Shown here piece by piece: positions 37,903 to 47,523 of a stretch of 64,000 nt of DNA. This DNA is from SAR202 cluster bacterium. Lineage in GTDB: Bacteria > Chloroflexota > Dehalococcoidia > Lucifugimonadales > UBA826. A program made the translations under genes and the position numbers. Where the stretch lies: NCBI GenBank assembly GCA_008373095.1, contig RQOP01000051.1, positions 18,047-82,046 of the forward strand, given 5' to 3'. Under the pieces are notes generated by a model. That model did not search any database and was not told where the DNA came from. It saw only the letters and a list, made by a program, of their open reading frames with translations. The number at the start of each line of letters is the position of its first letter. Position 1 is the first letter of the stretch.

Positions 37903-38829
37903 TCAGTTGAGTTTTTGGCCAGTAAGGTATTTTTTTGCATTCACTGCAGCTGTAACTCCATCACCAGCTGAACTTATCAGTTGTGAGGCAGAATTAGCTC
38001 TTATGTCTCCTGCGGCAAAAATACCTTTTACGCATGTTTCCAGATTAATATCAGTCTGGATATGTCCTCCCTTGTCAGTATCTACTAGACCCTCTATGAA
38101 ATCAGAGTTCGGCGTAAGTCCAACAAATATGAAAACACCGTCCATGTGAACCCTAGTAGATTCTCCTGAAAGGAGGTTTATAAGCGAAATTCCTTCTACC
38201 ATCCCGTCACCATGAATCTCTTTCACTTCTACGTTCAAATGAACTTTTATCTTTTCGTGATTTGAAACCCTATCTTGCAGTATTTGCTGCCCGTGTAATG
38301 TCTCTGATTTACAAAATATATCTACTTTAGAAGCGAATTCTGTCAACGTTATGGCCTCTTGAAGTGCAGAATCACCGCCACCTATTACAGCTACATTTTG
38401 ATCAATAAAAAAAGCACCGTCACAAGTTGCGCAATATGAGACGCCGGCGCCTACCAGTTCATTTTCTCCTGGTACCCCCAGCCTATTTAGTGTCGACCCA
38501 CCTGCCAATATTATTGATTTTGCAGTTTTTTCCCCTTCGTAGGTTTCCACCACCCACTGCTTGTCCAGTTTTCTAATACCAGTCACTTCTGACATCGCAA
38601 ATTCAGTACCTGATCCGATGGCTTGCTCCTGGAGCTTACTTGAAAATTCGGCACCGCTGATCCCTTCAGGAAACCCTGGGTAATCCTCGACTTTCTCCAC
38701 ATTTATTATCTGGCCTCCAGGAATTAATCTTTCCAGAAGTAGTGTCTTCAGACCTAATCTGGAGGAGTACATTCCTGCGCTGAATCCAGCCGTTCCTCCC
38801 CCAATAACGATGACATCATATTCATCCAT
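37903..38829 (-). CDS. trxB: low-Mr thioredoxin-reductase-family flavoprotein (CATC active site)
   Basis: VIVIGGGTAG, YCATCDG, VIGGGDSALQEA and FAAGD motifs. Confidence 0.85.
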   Translation of the reverse strand: MDEYDVIVIGGGTAGFSAGMYSSRLGLKTLLLERLIPGGQIINVEKVEDYPGFPEGISGAEFSSKLQEQAIGSGTEFAMSEVTGIRKLDKQWVVETYEGEKTAKSIILAGGSTLNRLGVPGENELVGAGVSYCATCDGAFFIDQNVAVIGGGDSALQEAITLTEFASKVDIFCKSETLHGQQILQDRVSNHEKIKVHLNVEVKEIHGDGMVEGISLINLLSGESTRVHMDGVFIFVGLTPNSDFIEGLVDTDKGGHIQTDINLETCVKGIFAAGDIRANSASQLISSAGDGVTAAVNAKKYLTGQKLN

Positions 38830-38938
38830 TAGTTAATTCTCCTTCTGGGTCTACTATTTTTGGGTTTCATCAATATCATCAGTTCGCCTTCATCGTTGTA
38901 TCATACTTTGATCCGCTTATTAAGTGATTTGAAAATTA

Positions 38939-40132
38939 ATGCGCCCAAAGAGGTTATCAAATATGAGAAGCTATCTTACAAATTTAGAGTGTACATACTG
39001 TGGGGAAACATTTTCGGCAGATGAGCCAATGAGACTGTGTGACAAATGCGGTAAGGTACTCTATCCAAGGTATGACATATCAACAGCTTCTAAAAATTTC
39101 ACTAAGGACCTTTTGCGGGATAGAGCCCCAAATATGTGGAGATATTTTGAGATGATGCCCATACGCGAAGAGTCCAATATAGTGACTTTAGGTGAAGGTT
39201 TTACTCCCATATTTGAAACGAAAGCTCTCGGCGCAAAAATTGGTTCCAACGCACTATTTTTAAAAGATGAAGGATTGAATCCGACTGCTTCTTTTAAGGC
39301 TCGAGGTCTGTCTGCAGCGGTGTCAAAGGCGAAAGAACTGGGTCTCAAGAAATTGACTATGCCGTCGGCTGGAAATGCGGCTGGTGCCATGGCGTCATAT
39401 GCTGCCAGAGCCGGTTTGGAGGCCTTTGTATTTATGCCACAAGATGCCCCTGAAGCCAACCAAAAAGAAGTCATCGTATCAGGTGGGAATCTTAATTTAA
39501 TTGACGGCCTGATAAGTGACGCAGGTATTATTTCAAGAGGGAAAGCAGCTGAAATGGATCTCTTTGATGTTTCAACTTTGCAAGAGCCATACCGAGTGGA
39601 AGGGAAAAAAACGATGGGCTATGAAATCGCCGAACAATCTGATTGGCAATTGCCGGATAACATTATTTATCCGACCGGCGGGGGAACTGGGATCGTGGGG
39701 ATGTGGAAGGCTTTTCAGGAGATGGAAGATTTAGGTTGGATCTCATCGAAGCGTCCAAAAATGTTTGCAATTCAAGCTGAGAATTGTGCCCCTATAGTTA
39801 GGGCTTTTGAGAATGGCACTGAATTTGCTGAACCGTGGGAAAATGCCTCCACTATGGCTGCTGGCATGAGGGTGCCAAGTGCCATAGGAGATTATCTAAT
39901 ATTGAATGCCATAAGAGAGAGCGGAGGTTGTGCTCTTACTGTTTCGGACGCGGAAATGGCGGATATGACTAATATCATTGGGAGTCTCGAAGGTTTTTTC
40001 GTATGTCCCGAAGGAGCAGCCACAGCCTGCGGTGCTCAAAAACTGATCCAATATGGGCTGATAGATACAGAAGAAACAACTTTGTTACTGAATACAGGCT
40101 CTGGGTTGAAATATCTCGATATGCTGCCTTAG
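38939..40132 (+). CDS. thrC: threonine synthase-family PLP enzyme with N-terminal zinc ribbon
   Basis: CTYCG...CDKCG ribbon and the PLP-lysine motif NPTASFKARG. Confidence 0.75.
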   Translation: MRPKRLSNMRSYLTNLECTYCGETFSADEPMRLCDKCGKVLYPRYDISTASKNFTKDLLRDRAPNMWRYFEMMPIREESNIVTLGEGFTPIFETKALGAKIGSNALFLKDEGLNPTASFKARGLSAAVSKAKELGLKKLTMPSAGNAAGAMASYAARAGLEAFVFMPQDAPEANQKEVIVSGGNLNLIDGLISDAGIISRGKAAEMDLFDVSTLQEPYRVEGKKTMGYEIAEQSDWQLPDNIIYPTGGGTGIVGMWKAFQEMEDLGWISSKRPKMFAIQAENCAPIVRAFENGTEFAEPWENASTMAAGMRVPSAIGDYLILNAIRESGGCALTVSDAEMADMTNIIGSLEGFFVCPEGAATACGAQKLIQYGLIDTEETTLLLNTGSGLKYLDMLP

Positions 40133-40136
40133 GACG

Positions 40137-40382
40137 TTACAACAAATCGGATAGGGATATATGTGGTGCGTATATGGTGAGAGAGTTTTCAATCATCATC
40201 TTCACCATTTCATGGTCAGGCACACATTCCGGACATTCCTCATTTATTCCCTTATTGTATTTGACAACCAGTTGGCTTTCGTCAAGAGACACTATATCTA
40301 GTGACCCCCCTTCTGCAGATACTATAGTTTCCATGTTGTCTAGGACTGTTTTGACTCCAGGGTCATCAGTGTTAATTGGCAT
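40137..40382 (-). CDS. NifU C-terminal (Nfu)-like domain protein
   Basis: 81 aa, GGSLDIVSLDESQLVVKY and a CPEC motif. Confidence 0.6.
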   Translation of the reverse strand: MPINTDDPGVKTVLDNMETIVSAEGGSLDIVSLDESQLVVKYNKGINEECPECVPDHEMVKMMIENSLTIYAPHISLSDLL

Positions 40383-40396
40383 TATAAAGCCCTCTA

Positions 40397-41584
40397 CTAA
40401 TTTAATCTTTCAAAAATTGTTGCAACCCCTTGGCCGCCTCCCACACACATTGTTACCAAGCCAGTTGACGAGTCTGATCTTTCCATTTCTTCCATCAACT
40501 TTACCGTCATTATTGCCCCAGTGGCCCCGACCGGATGCCCAAGGCTTATACCGCTGCCATTTATATTTGTTCTATCTATGTCAAGGTCAAGTTCTCTTAT
40601 GCAATACAGTGCCTGAGATGCAAAAGCTTCATTAAGCTCTATGACATCGATATCATCAACCGACATGCCGGATTTCTTCATGGCCTTTTCCACTGCCGGA
40701 ACTGGTCCTGTACCCATTACGGCAGGCTCTACTCCTGCGATTCCTCTGGTGTGCCATTTCATCCTGGGTTTTAATCCTAAATCTGCAGCTTTTGTTGCAG
40801 ACATCATTACTATTGCGGCCGATCCGTCATTGATGCTTGAAGCATTTCCTGCGGTAACTGTCCCATCTTTTTTAAAGACGGGTCGTAGATTTGCTAGGCC
40901 TTCTATCGTTGTATCGGCCCTAGGTCCTTCATCTTCAGTAACAATAACGGCGTCACCTCTTCTCTGTGGAACGGATACCTCAGTGATTTGGTCGGAAAAT
41001 CTACCTTGAGTAATTGCACTGCTTGCACGGTGGTGGCTAATGAGGGCGAGTTCATCTTGGTCAGATCTAGAAACCGAAAATCGTTCTGCGACATTTTCAG
41101 CTGTCACCCCCATATGGTACCTGTTGACGGGACATCCCAAACCTTCCGTAAGGCCGTCTACCAACTGTGAATTACCCATTCTTAGTCCATCAAACCGAGC
41201 CCTGTATTCTATAAGGAACGGCACTTGGCTCATATTTTCCGTACCACCTGCAACAACTATTTCGGCCTCTCCCGTACGTACAAGCTGAGCGGCCATATTT
41301 ATAGCCTCAAGACCAGAAGAGCATTGTCGGTTCACGGCAATCGTAGGGGTTTCATGAGGTATGCCTGATTTCAATGAAGCTAGACGAGCAGCGTAACCTG
41401 CTTCAGCTGCCTGAATAGCATTACCTAATACAACCTCATCTACCATGTCCGGTGATATTCCAGCTCTTTCAATGGCAGCTTTTATTGCAATGGCTCCGAG
41501 ATCTGGAGCACTAACGTCTTTGAAAGCTCCACCAAACCTACCTACAGGAGTTCTAGCTCCTGAAACGATTACCGCGTCATTCAT
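40397..41584 (-). CDS. acetyl-CoA C-acetyltransferase (thiolase II)
   Basis: VNRQCSSGLEA (nucleophilic Cys), GHPVGATG and MCVGGGQG motifs. Confidence 0.9.
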   Translation of the reverse strand: MNDAVIVSGARTPVGRFGGAFKDVSAPDLGAIAIKAAIERAGISPDMVDEVVLGNAIQAAEAGYAARLASLKSGIPHETPTIAVNRQCSSGLEAINMAAQLVRTGEAEIVVAGGTENMSQVPFLIEYRARFDGLRMGNSQLVDGLTEGLGCPVNRYHMGVTAENVAERFSVSRSDQDELALISHHRASSAITQGRFSDQITEVSVPQRRGDAVIVTEDEGPRADTTIEGLANLRPVFKKDGTVTAGNASSINDGSAAIVMMSATKAADLGLKPRMKWHTRGIAGVEPAVMGTGPVPAVEKAMKKSGMSVDDIDVIELNEAFASQALYCIRELDLDIDRTNINGSGISLGHPVGATGAIMTVKLMEEMERSDSSTGLVTMCVGGGQGVATIFERLN

Positions 41585-41723
41585 GGTTATTCCTCCGATT
41601 TTTTGGTGCCTATAAGTTGTACCCTAGCAGAGCTAAAGCCTTGTATCAATTTAGGTTCAATTTTGTATCATGTTGTATTGTAATATTCGAGAGACACATT
41701 TGGTAGTAAATTGAGGGATTATA

Positions 41724-43583
41724 GTGTTCGTTATTGGTACAGCTGGTCACGTTGATCATGGAAAATCTACACTTGTGGAATCTTTAACCGGGATAGATCC
41801 AGACAGGTTTCAAGAAGAGAAAGATAGAGGCATGACGATTGACATAGGTTTCGCCTGGATCACTCTTCCCTCCGGCAGAGAAGTAAGCATAGTAGATGTC
41901 CCTGGCCATGAGAAATTTGTCAGCAACATGCTCGCAGGAGTTGGGGGAGTGGATATGGCGCTATTAGTAGTTGCTGCTGATGAATCTGTAATGCCTCAAA
42001 CTAAGGAACATCTTGCGATTTTAGATTTATTGGGAGTGAGTAATGGTGTTGTAGTAGTCACAAAGAAAGATTTGGTTGATGAGGATTGGCTTCAGTTGGT
42101 TCATTCTGAAATACAAGATATGTTGAGTGTGACTACCCTTAAAGATGCTGAAATAGTATCTGTTTCGGCAGCGACAAAAGTCGGACTTGTAGAACTATTG
42201 GAGACGATAGATGTTGCGCTCAATAAGACCGAAGTAAAGAAAGATCTTAATAGACCTAGATTACCTATAGATCGATCTTTCTCAATCAGTGGATTTGGAA
42301 CAGTTGTAACAGGTACCTTAATAGATGGATCTTTATCAGTTGGCCAAGAGATAGAGATCATTCCAGGAGGGTTGTCAGCCCGCATTCGAGGTCTTCAGTC
42401 TCATGGTAAATCCGAAGCCGTATTAGGGCCCGGGACCCGAGTTGCTGCCAATTTGTCAGGGATTGAAGCCACTCAAATTTCCAGAGGAGACGTTTTGAGT
42501 CTTCCTAATTCTATCAACATGTCAGAGGCCTTTGATGTCCGATTGCATGTGGTCGAGGATGCACCCAATCCTTTGAGGCACAATATGTTTGTAAATCTGC
42601 ATACAGGAAGTTCAGAAGTTGTTTCTCGTCTCCGCCTGCTAGAGGGGGAGCAAGTACAACCCGGGCAAAGTGCGTGGGCTCAACTTAAACCAGATAAGTC
42701 ACTACCTGTTTTAAGAGGTGATCACTTTATTATTAGATCGAATATGACCACCTTGGGTGGAGGCAACATTGTAGATACGAATGCCAAAAGGCATAGAAGA
42801 AGACATTCTCCGACCTTACAGAGGCTTGAGTCACTCGAGTACGGGACTCCTTCCGAAGTACTGGTCAGTTTTGTTGACTCAAACCCTTCTTGCAGTTTCG
42901 ATTTGTTACGCTCGATGTCATCTTTTGATGAAGTTGATTTGATTACTAACGTGCAAACTTTGATTGATGAAAAGTCTTTGGTTGCGACATCAAATAATTT
43001 AAAGAGGGCACATTTTTTTTCAAAAGAAGGTTGGGAGAAATTGGTTGATATAGCAACTAAAACCCTTGAATTGTTTCATAAGCAATTTCCCTTAAGGCAA
43101 GGTATTTCAAGGGAAGAATTGCGAAACAAACTAAGTTTGTCTCAGGGGAGTTTCAATTCTGTCATCGGCTTGCTTGAGGGGAAAAAGAGCCTAAGGGAAT
43201 CTAACTCTTTGATTTTGCTATATGATCACAAACCTGAACTCTCTGAGGAACAAAGTCAGTATGCTGAAAAGTTTGTTGGTGATATAACTGAAGGAAGATT
43301 CTCACCGCGAACCGATCTCGAAATAGATGATGACATTTTAAATTTTCTATTGGAAAAAGGAAGACTGGTGAAAGTTGCTGACGGGATTGTTTTTTCTAGC
43401 GAAATATTTGATGAAATGCTGTCAGGCCTTCGTGATTACATATCTCAAAATGACGAAATAACGGTGGGAGATTTCCGGGATCTTTACCAAACAAGTAGAA
43501 AATATGCATTGGCTGTACTAGATTACCTAGATCAGCAACAAATCACGAGACGTGTAGGAGATGCTAGAGTTTTGAGGGACTGA
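41724..43583 (+). CDS. selB: selenocysteine-specific elongation factor SelB
   Basis: The GTG start gives MFVIGTAGHVDHGKSTL. DVPGHEKF and TKKD are present, with an EF-Tu-like domain II/III. A winged-helix extension of about 270 aa follows, giving 619 aa in total. Confidence 0.85.
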   Translation: MFVIGTAGHVDHGKSTLVESLTGIDPDRFQEEKDRGMTIDIGFAWITLPSGREVSIVDVPGHEKFVSNMLAGVGGVDMALLVVAADESVMPQTKEHLAILDLLGVSNGVVVVTKKDLVDEDWLQLVHSEIQDMLSVTTLKDAEIVSVSAATKVGLVELLETIDVALNKTEVKKDLNRPRLPIDRSFSISGFGTVVTGTLIDGSLSVGQEIEIIPGGLSARIRGLQSHGKSEAVLGPGTRVAANLSGIEATQISRGDVLSLPNSINMSEAFDVRLHVVEDAPNPLRHNMFVNLHTGSSEVVSRLRLLEGEQVQPGQSAWAQLKPDKSLPVLRGDHFIIRSNMTTLGGGNIVDTNAKRHRRRHSPTLQRLESLEYGTPSEVLVSFVDSNPSCSFDLLRSMSSFDEVDLITNVQTLIDEKSLVATSNNLKRAHFFSKEGWEKLVDIATKTLELFHKQFPLRQGISREELRNKLSLSQGSFNSVIGLLEGKKSLRESNSLILLYDHKPELSEEQSQYAEKFVGDITEGRFSPRTDLEIDDDILNFLLEKGRLVKVADGIVFSSEIFDEMLSGLRDYISQNDEITVGDFRDLYQTSRKYALAVLDYLDQQQITRRVGDARVLRD

Positions 43584-43618
43584 CTCCATCTGATATTCAG
43601 TAAATGGTTGCGGCCTAT

Positions 43619-43960
43619 TTACAAGCTGGGCTGGTAGCCTAATTCTTCTAATAGGGTGATTGCGACTTGAGACGCTACTTCCGACTCATCTACACAAATT
43701 TTTTCTATAGCCATTTTAAAAATAGTTAATTGTCCTCTGAGGACAGAGTCTGATTGATACGTGTCTGACTTAGGGATGGTTACGAGAAGGCTCAGTAGAT
43801 CAATTTCGTCCTCAACGTCAGTGCCAAGAAGGTCAGATTTCTCAGCGATATCTGATACCACAACGTCGATTTCCTCAAGGCATGTCTTTAATTCATTGGG
43901 CAGTTCTGCCACAGCTGTATCAATGATTGATTGAAATTTTCGCCCTGTTAAAGTCACCAC
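43619..43960 (-). CDS. small acidic protein resembling the Zincin_1 (DUF1025) family but lacking any His
   Basis: The F..II..A...LP.EL...L..IDVVVSD...LLG pattern is recalled from memory of the family. The protein contains no histidine. Confidence 0.35.
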   Translation of the reverse strand: MVTLTGRKFQSIIDTAVAELPNELKTCLEEIDVVVSDIAEKSDLLGTDVEDEIDLLSLLVTIPKSDTYQSDSVLRGQLTIFKMAIEKICVDESEVASQVAITLLEELGYQPSL

Positions 43961-44089
43961 GTAAAAATATTAGCATTATTTTCAAATATTTCTATATCTA
44001 ATTGACCCACATTTTAGCTTGGGATACTGTACCGAGTATGTTTATCAACATGTTTAATATGGCTTCACTGGAAAAGGCGAGGTAGTCGA

Positions 44090-45256
44090 ATGAAAGTTAC
44101 GCAAATAAAGAATTTCCCAATATCTGACGAGGACGGCAGGGTCTATTACATTATAAAAGTCGAAACCGATGCTGGAATTTACGGATTAGGGGAAGTAGGA
44201 ATTCGAAATTGGGGTGGTGCGATTGGCAAAGCGATCGAACATTTATCTGAAATCGTGATAGGGGAGGACCCTTTTAGTACCGAAAAATTGTGGCAATACA
44301 TGTTTAGAGGAGGTTTTTTCCCTGCGGATAAGGTTTATTCCTGTGCAATCAGTGCAATTGATATAGCACTATGGGATATAAAAGCCAAGGCGTTAGAAAT
44401 GCCATTATATAAATTATTGGGAGGCCCTGTAAGAGACAAAGTGATTTGTTACCCGCATACACAAGGAGATACTGTGGCCGATCTTCTGGATAATTGCAAA
44501 AGGCATATTGAAGATGGATGGAAATTTGTACGGTGGCATCAGCCGGAAACCGGCCCTTCCAGTGTTTATGTGAATAATATGAACACTTTGGAACCAATTG
44601 ACTCTGTTAGGTTAGCGGAAGAACAAATAGCTACAATTAGGGAAGCGATTGGACCAGATATACAAATATGTTTCGATATGCATACTCGTCTAGATACTGC
44701 CCATGCGGTGGCCTTATGTAAGGCCGTTGAACCATATCGACCTTTTTTTATGGAAGATCCTCTCAGGTCTGAAAATCCGGCTAGCTATCGTACTTTAGCT
44801 AGACACGTCTCTTTGCCTATTGCAGCCGGAGAACAGTGGGCAACGAAATGGCCCTTCAGAGAAGTTATAGAGGAAGAATTGATAAATTATGCTCGCATTG
44901 ATTTGTGCATAGTTGGTGGAATTACAGAGGCTTTAAAGATAACTCACTGGGCTGAGACGCACTACATCGACATCGTACCTCATAATCCTCTGGGTCCAGT
45001 AAGTGCGGCTGCTTGCGTCGCGCTTTGTATGGCTTCAACCAACGTGGGTGTGCAGGAAATGCCTCGCAGACCAGGCTCTTATGCTACCGACCTCTTTCCC
45101 AAGCAGATCGAATGGGAAGGCGGCTACGCATGGTGTCCCGATGAACCAGGGATGGGAGTAGATTTCAACGAAGAACTGGCCCTAAATAGTATTGTAGATC
45201 CGACTGGATGGCCTCCTCAACTGAGGAGAAATGATGGCTCATTCACCAATTGGTAA
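44090..45256 (+). CDS. enolase-superfamily dehydratase (mannonate/galactonate dehydratase-like)
   Basis: The N-terminal capping domain has GLGEVG. AIDIALWDIKAK is present, with barrel acid residues in the FDMH, FMEDP and AAGE contexts. Confidence 0.8.
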   Translation: MKVTQIKNFPISDEDGRVYYIIKVETDAGIYGLGEVGIRNWGGAIGKAIEHLSEIVIGEDPFSTEKLWQYMFRGGFFPADKVYSCAISAIDIALWDIKAKALEMPLYKLLGGPVRDKVICYPHTQGDTVADLLDNCKRHIEDGWKFVRWHQPETGPSSVYVNNMNTLEPIDSVRLAEEQIATIREAIGPDIQICFDMHTRLDTAHAVALCKAVEPYRPFFMEDPLRSENPASYRTLARHVSLPIAAGEQWATKWPFREVIEEELINYARIDLCIVGGITEALKITHWAETHYIDIVPHNPLGPVSAAACVALCMASTNVGVQEMPRRPGSYATDLFPKQIEWEGGYAWCPDEPGMGVDFNEELALNSIVDPTGWPPQLRRNDGSFTNW

Positions 45257-45386
45257 ATGGATTTATATATAGGTTTGTGTATAAAGAGATTTAGATGTAT
45301 TCTTCCCTCTGGACTTTGCATAGTCAGTGATCTGATTGCAGTTGTCCCAGACAAAATGTTATCTAAACATGGAGGTACATAAATTA

Positions 45387-46529
45387 ATGACCGATTTAAG
45401 AAAAACGGTTGCAATAGTAGGTGTAGATGAATCAGATGAAATAGGCAAAGTACCTGATAAATCTAATCTTCAACACCATGCTGAAGCAGCCCACAATGCA
45501 TTGGACGATGCCGGGATGTCCATGAAAGATGTTAATGGCTTGTTTACAGCAGGGACATCTACTTTGAATTTAGCCGAATATCTTGGCATTGAACCTAGCT
45601 TTACGGACACCACAGCTGTTGGCGGGTCATCATTCATAATACATATAGCTCATGCGATGGCAGCGATAAATGCCGGCTATTGTGACGTTGCGCTGGTGAC
45701 TCATGGTGAGGCTGGAAGAAGTAGAAGAAGCCGACCAGGTGGAGATGCAGCTGATCCAGGATCTCAGTTTGAGAGTCCATATGGATTTCTAGGTGCTCCA
45801 ATCAACTACGCAATGGCTGCCAGGAGATATATGCACCAATACGGTGAAGATAAAACCCGACAGGCTATGGCAGAAGTTGCAGTTGCTACTCGTAAGTGGG
45901 CACAACTCAACCCTAAAGCCTATATGCAAGATGATATGACTTTTGACGATTATCATGATTCACGGTGGATTTCTTGGCCGTTTCATTTGCTGGACTGTTG
46001 TCTGGTGACGGATGCTGGTGGAGCTTACGTGATCACATCGGCGGAAAGGGCTCGAGATGCGAAGAAAAAGCCAGTATGGGTCTTAGGTGCGGCAGAATCC
46101 CACGACCACAATTTGATCAGCCAAATGCCAGATCTAACTAGGACTGTCGCTAAGAACACTGGACCGTCCGCCTTGGAGAGATCAGGTGTTACACATGATG
46201 ATATTGACTTGGCAATGATCTATGACTCTTTTACTTACACGGTGTTAGCCACTTTGGAGAGTCTAGGATTCTGTGGGCCTGGTGAGGCTCCGGATTTTGT
46301 AGCTAACCAGAGGACCGCCCCAGGTGGAGATTTTGCTATGAATACCTCAGGGGGAGGTTTGTCATATACCCATTCTGGAATGTATGGCATGTTCCTGGTG
46401 CTAGAGGCCGTAAGACAGCTGAGAGGTGAGTGTGGAGATCGTCAGCTGGACGATCCAAAACTTTGTCTCATAAATGGTACGGGCGGATCGCTTTCCTCGA
46501 CTGGAACTACGGTTCTAGCAGTAGATTAA
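45387..46529 (+). CDS. thiolase-fold protein lacking catalytic cysteines (SCP-x/Ltp2-like)
   Basis: Thiolase-like layout, but AVGGSSF replaces the CSS nucleophile motif and NTSGGGLSY replaces CxG. I prefer the ATG at 45387 after GGAGG over the track start at 45336. Confidence 0.75.
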   Translation: MTDLRKTVAIVGVDESDEIGKVPDKSNLQHHAEAAHNALDDAGMSMKDVNGLFTAGTSTLNLAEYLGIEPSFTDTTAVGGSSFIIHIAHAMAAINAGYCDVALVTHGEAGRSRRSRPGGDAADPGSQFESPYGFLGAPINYAMAARRYMHQYGEDKTRQAMAEVAVATRKWAQLNPKAYMQDDMTFDDYHDSRWISWPFHLLDCCLVTDAGGAYVITSAERARDAKKKPVWVLGAAESHDHNLISQMPDLTRTVAKNTGPSALERSGVTHDDIDLAMIYDSFTYTVLATLESLGFCGPGEAPDFVANQRTAPGGDFAMNTSGGGLSYTHSGMYGMFLVLEAVRQLRGECGDRQLDDPKLCLINGTGGSLSSTGTTVLAVD

Positions 46530-46545
46530 TTTAAGGAGTTTACAA

Positions 46546-46965
46546 ATGGCATATAACAAACCAATACCTGTTCCACAGGGAGAATCCGACGTTTATTGGC
46601 AAAAGGCCAAAGAAAAAGAATTGTGGCTAAGATACTGTAATGGCTGCGAAGAGGCATATTTCTACCCCACAGATTTTTGCCGCAATATAGAATGCGCTAC
46701 TCCACGAGACACCAAATGGGTAAAAGCTTCAGGCAAAGCAACATTGTTTACATACGGTATTGTTCAGAGAGCACCTCATCCTGGTTTTGTTGATGATGTT
46801 CCCTTTGTCACTGCAGTAGTGGAGCTGGAAGAAGGACCCAAAATGCCCACTAATATAGTGATAGAGGACCCCACACCAGAAAACTTGCAGATCGGTATGG
46901 CTTTGGAAGTTGTGTTTGAAGACATAACTGATGAGTTAGCCCTCCCGAAGTTCAAACCAGTATAG
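46546..46965 (+). CDS. DUF35 OB-fold / zinc-ribbon protein
   Basis: CNGCEEAYFYPTDFCRN..C ribbon followed by an OB-fold. Pairing with a thiolase-fold gene is typical for DUF35. Confidence 0.8.
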   Translation: MAYNKPIPVPQGESDVYWQKAKEKELWLRYCNGCEEAYFYPTDFCRNIECATPRDTKWVKASGKATLFTYGIVQRAPHPGFVDDVPFVTAVVELEEGPKMPTNIVIEDPTPENLQIGMALEVVFEDITDELALPKFKPV

Positions 46966-47067
46966 AAACAGACAAATATGGAAGGGGGATTGTGTGCATG
47001 ATCCCTCTTCTATGAGTCCCGTCTTATTGAATGGTCCTTAAGCTAGCTCAATTTTGGGATATGTATG

Positions 47068-47523
47068 TCAATTGCAGCTGCTACAAGGGCACATTGTTCT
47101 TAACGTATCAAAGGGGAAAATACCAGTGTAGTGGGCATCGCTCCACAAAAATTGAATCGCGTAATTGCCTATCATTAAATGGTCTTCTGCCACTAAATCA
47201 GAAGGGACACTAGCAGGGTCCAGTAATTGTCTTTTGCTCCACTCTTCAACGCATTCGGCACATTGGCAACTGATTCTAATTTCTCTAGCCCCATATGTGC
47301 TTTCGTGCCCGTCGTCCCATCGTATTAATATTTTATCGCCGTAAACACCGACTTTTTCTATTTTTATGCCTTGAGTCAAATCTCGCTCCATTTCTTCGTC
47401 TACATACAAGGATAACTTTACACAATATTTTTGGACAGGTAAAAAATCAAATAAAACTTGTTCTATAATCTCATCATGCCCGAGGTAAAAGAAATTATTA
47501 ATCGAGAGTTCATAATTTGGCAA
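47068..47523 (-). CDS. DUF971-domain protein (gamma-butyrobetaine hydroxylase N-terminal-like)
   Basis: ILIRWDDGHESTY, CQCAEC and FLWSDAHYTGIFPFDTLR motifs. Confidence 0.7.
   Translation of the reverse strand: MPNYELSINNFFYLGHDEIIEQVLFDFLPVQKYCVKLSLYVDEEMERDLTQGIKIEKVGVYGDKILIRWDDGHESTYGAREIRISCQCAECVEEWSKRQLLDPASVPSDLVAEDHLMIGNYAIQFLWSDAHYTGIFPFDTLRTMCPCSSCN

Noticed and set aside
40003-40635. 210-aa plus-strand ORF spanning the thrC end, the Nfu-like gene and the thiolase 3' end.
   Set aside because: It overlaps three better-supported genes. It is Ser/Leu/Pro-rich mirror-frame sequence with no recognisable domain.
41585-44089. tRNA-Sec (selC) or a SECIS-bearing gene immediately flanking selB.
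   Set aside because: Hand inspection of the three intergenic stretches (41585-41723, 43584-43618, 43961-44089) showed no tRNA-like acceptor/T-arm pairing and no TGA-interrupted ORF.
45336-45386. Upstream extension of the thiolase-fold ORF (track start 45336).
   Set aside because: ATG 45387 is preceded by GGAGG and gives the family-typical N-terminus (MTDLRKTVAIVGVD). The extension adds a non-conserved peptide.
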